Shown: positions 1 through 15,867 of the stretch, piece by piece
Layout: each line of letters begins with the position of its first letter
Numbering within the stretch: the first letter of the stretch is position 1
Source of the DNA: the human T2T-CHM13v2.0 reference genome, Homo sapiens
Direction: 5' to 3' (one strand)
Assembly: GCF_009914755.1 (NCBI RefSeq)
Contig: NC_060930.1
DNA length: 64,000 bases
The notes under the pieces: model-generated
Told to the model about the DNA's origin: nothing
Seen by the model: the letters and a program-made list of their open reading frames with translations, nothing else
Database searches by the model: none
Position numbers and translations under genes: made by a program

Positions 1-99
1 TCACTTAGCTAACGTTCTGTCCCTAAACTCTGCCAGCACAAACTCATAAAAATGCAGAAGATAGTATAAAAATATTATATATATAAAATACCATATCGG

Positions 100-1390
100 A
101 TAGCATATATATACAACTGTGCATGCACATATATATGACATATGAACAGAGCTGGCACTATGTATCATGCATCACTGGAACAAGAAGCAGCAAATAATGC
201 TGAAATCATGGGTTATCTGTATTGGGGAAAAAAGTTACATTGAATTCCTACAATACCAAGCACAAATACTTCTGATTAAATTAAAATTTAAATATGAAAA
301 GTAAACATTCTGTTAAAAAGAATAATGAATATCTTATTTATTTACGGGCAGGGAGGGATTTGTTGTGTAATGCACAATGAAGAAACCGTAAGAGTAATAG
401 CATGACTGCCATAAAATTAAGAACTTCCCTTTATTAAAAGATACTTTTAAAAGGTGGATAAAGTCCAAAAACAGGGAAGATATATTTGCCATCGATAATT
501 CAACAAGGATTTGGACCTTGTATATATAAAAAACTCCTACATATTAGTAATTTAATAAGCAAATAAAAACAAAGTAACCAATTTGAGAAATAGGCAAAAA
601 AGGTTAACAGGCATGTCACATCGGAGAGTGTATCATTGGTGAATATATATGTGAAAATATGGCAAAGTCTATTTGTAATAAAACAATTCAAATTGAATTA
701 TAAAGACACAGCATGTTTCACCCACATGATAACATAAAAATTAAAAAAACTACAGATTACAAATATTGTTCAGATTGTAAACCAAGAGGCATATTAATAC
801 ACTGCTGCAAAAGATAGAAATTTATTTAAATACTTTGGAGAACAATTTGGCTTTATCTAGTGAAGTTGAAAATTCACAAAATCTATTATATTTTCAGCAA
901 GAAATATACTTAGTCATAAGTTGGTTATTAAAACACACAGACAGACACCACAAAACCTAATGGTTTAAAAGTTTGAGAGTAACTAAATGATAGAAAACAC
1001 AGACAAATAAAAGCAAAAAGAACACCGGTAGAGTAATATTTAAATTATTGAAGTATTCAGGCCCAAACCAGTATTAAGTAAAATGATCACTTAATGAAAG
1101 GAACAATTTACTGGGAAGACATAAAAATTGCAGGCCTGTTGAGCCTAGCAAGAAAGACTAATTCTAAAATCAAAATTATTAGTAAAATTGACAAATCCAG
1201 ATCATAATTTTAGAGAATTTATCATATTCATATCAAAATGATAAATCAAGCTGGTAAAAAAATATATAACAGTATATAACAGTAATTTAAAAAGAATCAA
1301 ATAAGACAATAAACAAGGCTGGTAATTGATATACTTACTCTTTTACCCCACAATTAGAAAGCACTTTTTTTCTAAAACAGATGGAAGATT
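100..1390 (+). mobile_element. Highly degraded ancient L1 (L1M/L1ME-type) fragments
   Basis: A-rich tract with L1 3' ORF2-like phrases (aaaactcctac...aaccaatttgagaaataggcaaaaa, tactttggagaacaatttggc); boundaries approximate. Confidence 0.5.
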
Positions 1391-1688
1391 TAAGATGCTA
1401 ATGACACATGCGACGTATGAACAAGCATGGACAGCTACTGCTCATGTGCACCCAGAGCACCACCCAGAACATGCTTACTAGTAAAGCCTCTTCCCACCCC
1501 CTTATGAATAATCATGTAGGACTCCCATAAAGGGAGTCTTCCTAGTGCCATTCTCTGCTGTCTTATTCTTATGAGTAGCCCACCCTGAATCCAATCTTTC
1601 TTAGGGTGTCCTGTTTATTCTGTACTTAACTTTCAAAATATTATTTTTCTTTTGCAATAAATTGCATCTCCTTTGCTGTGTGTCTCTG

Positions 1689-2450
1689 TTTTTTTATTTC
1701 TTCTACAAAAACAAACAAACAAACAAAAAAAAGGGATACATGTGCAGAACGTGCAGATTTGTTACATAGGTATACATGTGCCATAGTGGTTTGCTGCACC
1801 TACTGACCCATCCTCTAAGTTCCCTTCCCTCACCCCCCACCCCCCAATAGGTTCTGGTGTGTGCTGTTCCCCTCTCTGTGTCCATGTGTTCTCAATGTTC
1901 GACTTCCACTTATGAGTGAGAACTTACTGTGTTTGGTTTAATGTTCCTGTGTTAGTTTGGTGGGGATGATGGCTTCCAACTTCCTCCATGTCCCAGCAAA
2001 GGACGTGATCTCATTCCTTTTTATGGCTGCATGGTATTCCATGGTGCAAACGTACCACATTTTTTTTTTATCCAGTCTATCATTGATGGGCATTTGGGTT
2101 GGTTCCAAGTCTTTGCTATTGTAAATAGTGCTGTGATAAACATACGTGTGCATGTGTCTTAATAGTATAATGATTTATATTCATTTGGGTATATACCCAG
2201 TATTGGGGATGCAGGATCAAATGGCGTTTCTTGTTCTAGATCTCTGAGAAATCACCATACTGTCTTTTATACTGGATGAGCTAATTTACATTCCCACCAA
2301 GAGTGTAAAAGCATTCCTATTTCTCCACGGCCTCATTGGCATTTATTGTTTCCTGACTTTTTAATAATCAGCATTCTAACTGGCGTGAGATGCTATCTCA
2401 TTGTGGTTTTGATTTGTATTTCCCTAATGATCAGTGATGTTGACCTTTTT
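1689..2450 (-). mobile_element. L1PA (L1PA7/8-like) 3' end, non-inverted part of a twin-primed insertion
   Basis: Poly-T at 1689, gggatacatgtgcagaacgtgcag and canonical L1PA 3'UTR antisense; TSD core tgtgtgtctct at 1677-1687 and 3847-3857. Confidence 0.9.
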
Positions 2451-3844
2451 TCCAAATCCAGAAGCACATCAAAAAATTTATCCAACATGATCAAGTCGGC
2501 TTCATCTCTGGGATGCAAGGCTTGCTCAACATACACAAATCAATAAACATAATCCATCACATAAACAGAACCAAAGACCAAAACCACATGATTACCTCAA
2601 TAGGTGCAGAAAAGGCCTTCAATAAAATTCATCAGCCCTTCATGTTAAAAACTGTCAATAAAATAGGTATTGATGGAACATATTTCAAAATAAGAAGAGC
2701 TATTTATGACAAACCCACAGCCAATATCATATTGAATGGGCAAAACCTGGAAGTATTCCCTTTGGAAAACAGAACAAGACAAAGATGCCCTCTCTCACCA
2801 CTCCTATTCAACATAGTATTGGAAGTTCTGGCCAAGGCAATTAGGCAAGAGAAAGAAATAAAGGATATTAAAATAGGAAGAGAGAAAGTCAAATTATCTC
2901 TGTTTGCAGATGACAGGATTTTATATTTAGAAAACCCCATCATCTCAGCCCCAATACTCCTTGAATTGATAAGCAACTTCGGCAAAGTCTCAGGATACAA
3001 AATCAATACGCAAAAATCACAAGCACTCCTTTACATCAACAATAGGCAAGCAGAGAGCCAAATCATGAATGAACTCCCATTCATAATCACTACAAAGAGA
3101 ATAAAATACCTAGGAATACAGCTAACAAGGAATGTGAAGGGCCTCTTCAAGGAGAACTACAAACCACTGCTCAAGGAAGTAAGAGAGAACACGAACAAAC
3201 AGAAAAACATTCCATCCTCATGGATAGGAAGAATCAATATCATGAAAATGGCCACACTGCCCAAAGTAATTCATAGATTCAATGCTATTTCCATCAAACT
3301 GCCATTGGCATTCTTCACAGAATTAGAAAAAACTATTTTAAATTTCATATGGAATCAAAGAAGACCCCATATAGCCAAGACATTCCTAAGCAAAAATAAC
3401 AAAGCTGTAGGCATCATGCTACCTGACTTCAAACTATACTATAAGACTACAGTAACCAAAATAGCATGATACTTGTACCAAAACAGATATATAGACCTAC
3501 GGAGCAGAACAGAGACCTCAGAAATATCACCACACATCTACAACCATGTGATCTTTGACAAACCTGACAAAAACAAGCAATGGGGAAAGGATCTCCTATT
3601 CAGTAAATGGTGCTGGGAAAGCTGGCTGGCCATATGCAGAAAACTGAAACTGGATCCCTTCCTCACATCTTGTACAAAAATTAACTCAAGATGGATTAAA
3701 GACTTAAATGTAAAACCCCAAACCATAAAAGCCTAGAATAAAACCTCGGCAATACCATTCAGGACATAAGCATGGGCAAAGACTTCATGACAAAAATGCC
3801 AAAAGCAATTGAAACAAAAGCCAAAAATGACAAATGGGATCTAA
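2451..3844 (+). mobile_element. Inverted L1 ORF2 segment (RT domain) of the same insertion; contains ORF 2513-3469
   Basis: 318-aa ORF is L1 ORF2p RT ([32 protein letters not shown]); stop at 3469, a non-functional fragment. Confidence 0.93.
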
Positions 3845-4887
3845 GTTGTGTGTCTCTTGTTTAAATTCTTCTAAACTAAGAAGACAAGAACTAAGATCTC
3901 ACAACAGCCATTGACACCTTTTCCTTTCACTTGATGTTCTCCTTTTCTGAACACCTTCTCTCCAGAAATCTCCACTCTGTGGAATAGTGCCTGGTAAACC
4001 ATCTGTGATCCATCAATATTTTCTAAAGGAATGAACTTTCCATCCTCTCGTTCAACTAGGTCGCAAATGAAAGAGCATGAGTAACTCTTCATTCCACAAT
4101 TGTTTCAATAGATTTGTAGCTGTGACAATGACTCACACCATCTTCACCTCCTCTTACCCAACTTGAAACAAGAGAGAGGCAACTGCATTATATGTGAGCT
4201 TAATCAAGGGTTTATGGTTATTTTCCAGTTGCCTGGATATTTAGGTAAACGTGCAACCATTGTTTTTGTCTAATTAATGAATTCACTTTTTAGGGGATGC
4301 AATTTGCAAATTTGAGGAGAAGGAAAGGTTGAGAATTTAAAAGGGGAATAAAAGCATTCTGCCTTAATAGTGACCAAGGATTTAGTTGTGGGTACAGAAG
4401 AGAGGAGAGAGAGGAAGGAAAAGGAAACACCAAAGCCAAGAATGGTGATGGAGGCCGGAAAGTGTGCAGGCATTAAAAAAAAAAAAAAAAAAGGCAAAGA
4501 ACAGCTTTAAGACCAAAGATGTCTTATATGCAATTTCAATTTAGTTTTACTATGATGTGAGACTTCTGATCCTCTGCCCCTATAAATATTCAGATAAATC
4601 TGCTACTCTCAGTACTTGCACAGGAGTTTTTGTTTGTTTGTGTGTATCATCACGAGTGTGAAGAAAAGTGACAATTTCCAGCTGGTTTCACACGGTCAAT
4701 GCCCAAAAGACTTGAGAAAATCCATAACTGCACTCTGAAAAATGGAGTATGGAGCCAGGGGTGACCAGGGAAGGACAAGCGGCTGGGAATACACCTCAGC
4801 TGTGGAGATAGAATTGACTTCCCATAGGCACAGAAACTGGGCATCTATGAATTCCATCTTTATTTCTAGAGGCAGAGCTGACATTTA

Positions 4888-5311
<424 letters not shown>

Positions 5312-6219
5312 CTATCTTAATTATACAATGCAGGAAACATCCACACACACCTTCACAGTAAGATCACTGTGACCGTACAATACATAGGTAGATATTAGCC
5401 ATAAAAATACCCATTCAGTAGTGGATAAGGGCAATTCACTTTGATATCTTTCAATACTTAAAACAATCATATCTGGAACTTTTGGGTAATACCTGTCAGT
5501 AATTTTTCTCTAAATAGTGAAGATAAAGACCTACTTCAATTGTAAATGAAATCCATAGAAAGCTTTCTCTAGTCATTTGAATGTCAATGATGTTAATGTT
5601 ATTACTATTTTAGAGAACAGAAAATTCTAATCTCTGAAAGTCAAAAGGAAAAGCACATTTTAATTATTCATAAGCTGCATTTATTTATATTGTTAGGCTG
5701 TGCATATTTTTTCCCAAAAATCTGTTATTTTAAATGGTTTTTTGTTATATCAATATTTTCAGTTAAAAATTAAGAAACATATTTTTTCAAAAAATGTGAG
5801 ATGGTCTTATCCAAAAATATTACCCACATCTGCCTCTCTAAATTACTCCATGTATTTTAATCTTTTATCTGGCATAATAAAGAAAGACAAGCTAACAAGG
5901 GTTGAATTTTTACTGCTGTGGGGATGGGTCTATGTCTCCTTTTGGCTTGCACAGCGGTGACATGCAAAGAAAGTGACCTCAGGGACCCATGACCCTTTCT
6001 TGCTGCTCTACCCTTTCCTAAGTCTGTGATGAGGCAGAGACTGCTAGTTGTCCACAAAAACCAATTTTTTCTTTTTCTTTTTTAAATAATAATTTATGTT
6101 GATGAGTAAGAGTGTTTGGATCTCCATGAAGTGAAGGTTTAGGAGTATGAAATTGTAATGGTTTCTATTAAGAATGGAGTGGCCTGGAGAGACAGAGGTC
6201 TTTAAAATGTTTGGTAATA

Positions 6220-6630
6220 ATAATAGTAATAATATTTAATAATATCTAATATCCAAGAATGTATCAGGCAAACTGAAGTAACTTATCTATTTTTAGTTCT
6301 CAAACAACTTTTAATATATACAGAGAAGATATATTACCCCCACTTTAAGACAAATGGTTGACTAAAATAAATTCATGATTCAAGCTAGGAGACAGGTAAA
6401 GTTTAAGACCATAATATTTGAAGGATTAGAATTATAAATGTAAATTGACTAGTGATGATGTTGATGAAAATGATAAATGATACTACTACTAATATTGATG
6501 ATAATGACTGTCAGGATGTGATAGTAATATCTGGCATTGTTGTAAGAGGTACAATCATAATTTCCCATTTTAGGGATGAGAAAACTAAGAATCCAGAGTT
6601 TAAATAGCTTGTCAAGCACATGCAGTCAAA
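6220..6630 (-). mobile_element. MIR fragments
   Basis: cccattttagggatgagaaaactaag and attacccccactttaagaca resemble the MIR core antisense. Confidence 0.55.
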
Positions 6631-9138
6631 GATGAGAGTGAAGTTTTCAGCAACTTTAAATGTGAGAGAAGGCATAGTGGATAGAAAGACAAAGTGTGGA
6701 TGAAGATGAGCCAGTGCGTTGATGGAAATTGGGTGATTGCAGCGAGAAAAAATTTCATAAGAATAAAAGTTGCTGAAGGATGGCTGTAAAATAAATATGT
6801 GTATAAACCATGCTGGCTCATTCTTATCCAAGGAAGTTGAGGGTAGTCATGAAAGCAGAGAGTAGGAGAAAAAGCAGAGACTTGTGAAATTTATGCCAAG
6901 GGAAGTAATCAGCAATTATTGTCATTGATTGTCCAGTAGAATTGTTTAAATGCTTGCTGTATAACTAAATCCTTACCATTCTTTGGAAGCATTTAACCCT
7001 TCCAATGCAAACAAGGGCAAAATGGATCAGTCAAATCAATTCCACAGTACTAGAGAATACATTAAAACAGGTTGATAAAAATGAGTAGTTAGGAAGCAGT
7101 TTCTTCATATTTTTTCTCTCTTCTGTGCCAAAGCAAGAAACAACGCCAATAGCATGCCAGAGAGGCTGAAATCCTTCCAAACCAATCTGGAAAACGCAAA
7201 TGCTTTAGATAATAGGTGCACTCTAATTCAAATGCCTCAGGTTACATTAAAGAAACTTAACAGCAAATGGCAGTTGATTCTCTACCATTAAGGGTCTAAT
7301 TAATTATCGAGTCTGTAAATCATTGAGGGCCCATGATTTTTTCTGGGAGCATGGAGCTTGAGCATCAATCAGATAGCACTTCCCCTAGAGGGAGAAGGAA
7401 ACAATTATAATTAGTATATTTTGCATTTTGTGGAAAGTGCCTATAAGTAATCTGGTGGTAAAAATGGTGTGTTAGGCTGAAATAGCACCCAGAGTTCCAC
7501 TGGTCCCTCAGAGCCATGCTCCCTGACAAGGGTGGCAGACCATGCAGGGTTAGTGCTGGAATCCTGAGCAGTGGCTAGGAAGGAGTGGCCAGGCTGTGGC
7601 TTCCTCTCCCAGCCTGCTCTACTTGCTCCAGGCCCCCAAGTGTGTGCAACCTTTAGCTATTCTAGTCACACCAGGGAAGAGCTCCTGACCAAAGAGCTGC
7701 AGAAATAGAAATGAGTCAGAGCCCTATCCCTATGAGATGGAAGACAGCTAGGCACTAGGGGCACTTTAAAAACGTCTCTTCTAACAGAATTCGAACGAAA
7801 TCTGCCATTTTCATTTTGTGCCTATCCTCAAATGCTCACTGCAGAAGTGGCTTTCTGGGACTGAACGGAGCAGCTGCTGTTTAGTAGGAAGGAGGGTGGA
7901 GGACTCCTTACTTGGCAGAAGCAGCCTGGTTCCCAGGTCCAAGTTATTGCTCCCCTCCCTGCCAAGGAGCCGTCTTTCTCCCTGCATCCAACAGGAAAAC
8001 TGATTTGCAAAGCGAGGAGGGACACAGAGGTTGGCTCCGGGTTGCCAGGCTCCTCCACACAGGCCATTGCTTTGTTTCCCACCGCAGAGTTGGGATGCTC
8101 ACTCATTTCATGATGACTCCTACAGTTCCATCCCCTTAGTGCTTCACAGGCAGCACGCTCTGTGTTTAAAGTATGGAAATGCAGCTTGCTCCTCCTCAAA
8201 GCTCTTGACGTTGTCAGGTCATAAAGCTAGAGATGCAGCTTCTATTTTGGGCATCAGTACACAGAATGCATCATATTTGTCCTCTTTATCTCATTGCTGT
8301 TAAGAGAAACATAAAGCATCATGAAAGGGTTCCTCCCTTTAGTATTTCTGTGCCTTTCCAAACAATAAGGATTCTGCTTTAAGCAATTCTAATCTTTGAC
8401 ATCTTAATAGTGTTTGTATCATCCTTTGCAAAAAGAAATTTCATGGATAATCCCATTTGATTCTCAAAGTAACTCTTTGGCCTAAGAAGGCAGGGTACTA
8501 TTTTCAGTTTACTAACCAATCAATCAATCAATCCAAGCACAAGTTGCAGTTTACTATATCTGTAATTGAGAACATTTTCTTCCCCATTACTCCAGCCTCT
8601 TCTTCCCCAGGGGATCCTTATTTCTTCTTAGAGGCTTTTATTCCCATCCCAAATCCTATCAACCAGTCTTGAAAACACCGCGGTGGTTATAATGTGTCCA
8701 TTTCCTCTGTGGCTGGGATTCGGATGCCATGTTTTGTGGGTGCTAAGTGAAACACGCTCTTCCTTTTCATCCCAGGTCTACTTCCTTGTCATTTATCACT
8801 TAGATTCTCAAACTGGTTTCCCTAGGTGCCAGTCTTTTCACATTATAACTTCCTGAATAACTATTTTTTTCTGAAGTATAGCTCTGATGATGTCACCCCT
8901 CAGCTTACGGGTTTTCAATAAATTCTGCACTTGCCCCTGAATGTATTATAAATTCTAGTATGTTATTTAAGGTCTTCAGTGATCTAATCCAAAGCTACAT
9001 TCCTAAACTACAGTATCAACAACTAACTCAATAATACTGTTCCTACTACTAAGATTAGGTAATCTTTTATAGCACTTACTGGGTTTCAGGCCTTATAGAT
9101 ATTAACTCAAGAATTCTCAGAATAACATTGTAAAGACA

Positions 9139-9587
9139 CTATATTAGTCTTCTGGGACTGCCATAACAAAATACTACAGACTGGGCTGTTTAAACAGCAG
9201 AAATACTTTTTTTAGAGTATTAGAAGTTGGAAGTCCAAGATCAAGGTGTTGGCAAGTTTGGTTTCTCCTGAGACCTTTCCCCTTGGCTTCTGAGGGCCGC
9301 CTTCCCTCTGGTCCTCACACGGTCTTTCATACATGGAATCATATCCCTGGTGTCACCACCTCTTCTTATAAGGACACCACTCAGATTGGAATAAGGCCTC
9401 ATCTTTAGATCTCATTTTATATCGATGAGGTCTTTTTATATGATCTCATTGAGATCATATGATTTCAATGAGATCTCATTGTATATCAATGAGGCCTTTT
9501 TAAGGCCTTATCTCCAATTGCAGCCACGTTTGTGGGTGAGGGCTTCACCATATAAATCTGGGGGAAGACATAATTCAGTCTGTAACA
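9139..9587 (-). mobile_element. MLT1B-like MaLR LTR inserted in a MIR
   Basis: tattagtc...gactgccataacaaaatactacagactggg and terminal ggggaagacataattcagtctgtaaca; MIR text on both sides. Confidence 0.8.
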
Positions 9588-9999
9588 GATACTATTATTA
9601 CAGCCATTTTATATAAGAAAATTAGAGACTGAGAAAGTTAAATGAATTTCTGAAGATTGTACAACTAGTTCTATGTCGAGTCATGAATTTTAACACAGGT
9701 CTTACTGATCTTACTTAATACACCATAAATGTATGAGAATTGCTGCATGTTAAAATATCAAATATTTTGTAAGCACATGGTAGAATTTTTTGACAAGATT
9801 TAGCTGCTCAGCTTTCCTCTTTTCTTGCCAGCTGCCCAAACCATACACACCCTGCAAGGGCCCCTTCAAAGGCCTTGGGTAGCTTGTCCTTACCCCTTAG
9901 GCCTGAAGCACCATTCTCTGGACTCTGAGCTTCTCTTTCAACATCTCTAGGAAAACATAAGATATTTACTTTTTTAAAAACTTGGGGGTTTTGAGACAA

Positions 10000-13560
<3,561 letters not shown>

Positions 13561-13774
13561 TTCTTGTACCATTCACCCTTGTTTTTTGTGATGCATTTAT
13601 GCCACACAGAGGATGGTGCTCTAGGCTTTGGCTTGTCCCAGTGTTAGGCTTCTTTGTCTTGTTACTTAGTGCTTACTAGGGGTGAGGGAAGGGAAAGTCT
13701 CTGTTTTCTTTTTCCTTACCCAGTCCTAGGTAAGCCCAATTAACTGGGTTCTAGAGAATGGGAGTAGGTTTTTC

Positions 13775-15867
13775 TCGTGAGATATGATGGTTTTATAGGG
13801 AGCTTCCTCCCATTTGCACTGCACTTTTTCTCTCCTGCCACCATGTGAAGAAGGACCATGTATTTGCTTCTCCTTCTGCCATGATTGTGAGTTTCCTGAG
13901 GCCTTCCCAACCATGCAGAACTGTGTCAATTAAACCTCTTTCCTTTATAAATTATCCAGTCTCAGGCAGTTCGTAGTAGTAGTGCAAGAATGGACTAATA
14001 CAGTATATTGGTACTGGGAATGGAGCACTATTATAAAGATGCCCCAAAATGTGGAAGTGACTTTGGAGCTGGGTAACAGGCAGAGATTGGAATAGTTTGG
14101 AGGGCTCAGAAAAAGACAAGAAGATATAGGAAAGTTTGGAACTTCCCAGAGACTCATTGAGTGGTTTTGACCAAAATGCTGATAGTGATATGGACAATGA
14201 AGTCCAGGTTGAGGTGGTCTCAGATGAAGATGAGGAACTTATTGGCAAATGGAGCCAAGGTCAATCTTGCTGTGCTTTAACAAACAGACTGGTGGCATTT
14301 TTCCCCTGCCCTAGAGAGACCTGTGGAACTTTCATCTTGAGAGAGATGATCTGAAATTGGAACTTATTTTTAAAAGGGAAGCAGAGCATAAAGTTTGGAA
14401 ATTTGCAACCTGACAATGTGATGGAAAAGAAAAACCCATTTTCTGGGGAAAAATTCAAGCCAGCTGCAGAAATTTGTGTAACAAGGAGCCGAATGTTAAT
14501 CACCAAGACAATGGGAAAAAATGTCTCCAGAGCATGTCAAAGGTCTTCATGGCAGCACCTCCCATCACAGGTCTGGAGGCCTAGGAGGAAAAAATGATTT
14601 TGTGTGCCAGGCCTAGGGCCTTGCTGTTTTATGCTGCCTCAGGACTTGGTGCCCTGCATCCCAGCCATGGATAAAAGGGGATAATGTACATCTCAGGCTG
14701 TTGTTTCAGATGGTGCAAGCCCCAAGCCTTGGCAGCTTCCAGGTGGTGCTGGGCCTGTAGGTGCACAGAAGTCAATAATTCACATTTGGGAACCACTGTC
14801 TAGGTTTCAGAGGATGCATGGAAATGCCTGGATATTCAGGCAGAAGTTTGCTGCAGAGGTGGAGCCCTCATGGAGAGCCTCTGCTAGGGCAGTGCAGAAG
14901 GGAAATGTGGGGTTGGAGCCCCCACACAGAGTCCCCACTGAAGCACTGCCTAGTGGAGCTGTGAGAAGAGGACCACTGTCCTCCAGACCCCAAAATGATA
15001 GATTCACCGACAGCCTGTACCAGGTATATGGAAAAGCCACAGACAGTCAATGCCATCCCATGAAAGCAGCTGGGAGTGGGGCTGTAGTCTGCAAAGCCAC
15101 AGGAGCAGAGGTGCCCAAGACTGTGGGAGCCCACCACTTGCATCAGCATGTCCCAGATGTAAGACATGGAGTCAGAGGAGATTATTTCAGAACTTTAATA
15201 TTTAATGACTCCCTTGCTAGATTTTGGACTTGCATGCATGTGGCCTGTAACCCCTTTGGTTTGGCCAATTTCTCCCATTGGAACGGGTGCATTTATCCAA
15301 TACCCTTACCCAATTGTATCTTGGGAGTAACTAACTTGCTTTTGATTTTACAAGCTCATATTGTCTTGTCTCAGATGAAATTATGGACTTGGACTTTTGG
15401 GTTAATGCTGAAATTGTAGAACTGTTGGTGAGGCATAGCTGTGTTTTGAAATGTGAGAAAGATGAGATTTGGGAGGGGCCATGGTGGAATGATGTGGTCT
15501 GGCTCTGTGTCCCCACCTAAATCTCATCTTGAATTGTAATCCAAATTGTAATCCCCACGTGTTGGGGGAGGGACCTTGTGGGAGGTGATTGGATCATGGG
15601 GCCAGTTCCCCCATGTTGTTCTTATGATAGTGAGTTCTCATGAGGTATGGGGATTTTATAAGGAGCTTTTCCCCCATTCACTCTGCACTTCTCTCTCCTG
15701 CTACCATGTGAAGAAGAACCATGTGTTTGCCTCTCCTTCTGCCATGATTGTAAATTTCCTGAGGCTTCCCCAGCCATGTGGAACTGTGAGTCAATTAAAC
15801 CTCTTTCCTTTATAAATTACTCAGTCTGGAGCAGTTCTTTATAACAGTGTGAGAAAGGGCTAATACA
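13775..15867 (+). mobile_element. THE1D MaLR provirus: truncated 5' LTR (~13775-14002), internal (14003-15489), full 3' LTR (15490-15867)
   Basis: LTR termini tgatgtggtctggctctgtgtcccc and ...ctaataca; typical THE1-int text; ORFs 14136-15419 are THE1-int remnants. Confidence 0.9.

Larger units (their letters stand above)
1397..3916 (+). mobile_element. ERV1 (MER4-group) solo LTR interrupted by an L1 (LTR parts ~1397-1690 and ~3845-3916)
   Basis: LTR-like text with AATAAA near 1656 resumes after the L1 (gtgtgtctcttgtttaaattctt...agacaagaac...ttgaca); exact subfamily not determined. Confidence 0.5.

Noticed and set aside
2513-3469. 318-aa reverse-transcriptase ORF as a host gene or novel RT system
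   Set aside because: Ordinary L1 ORF2p fragment within a truncated, inverted L1PA insertion; no endonuclease, ends at a premature stop
14814-15419. 201-aa ORF
   Set aside because: THE1 internal sequence remnant
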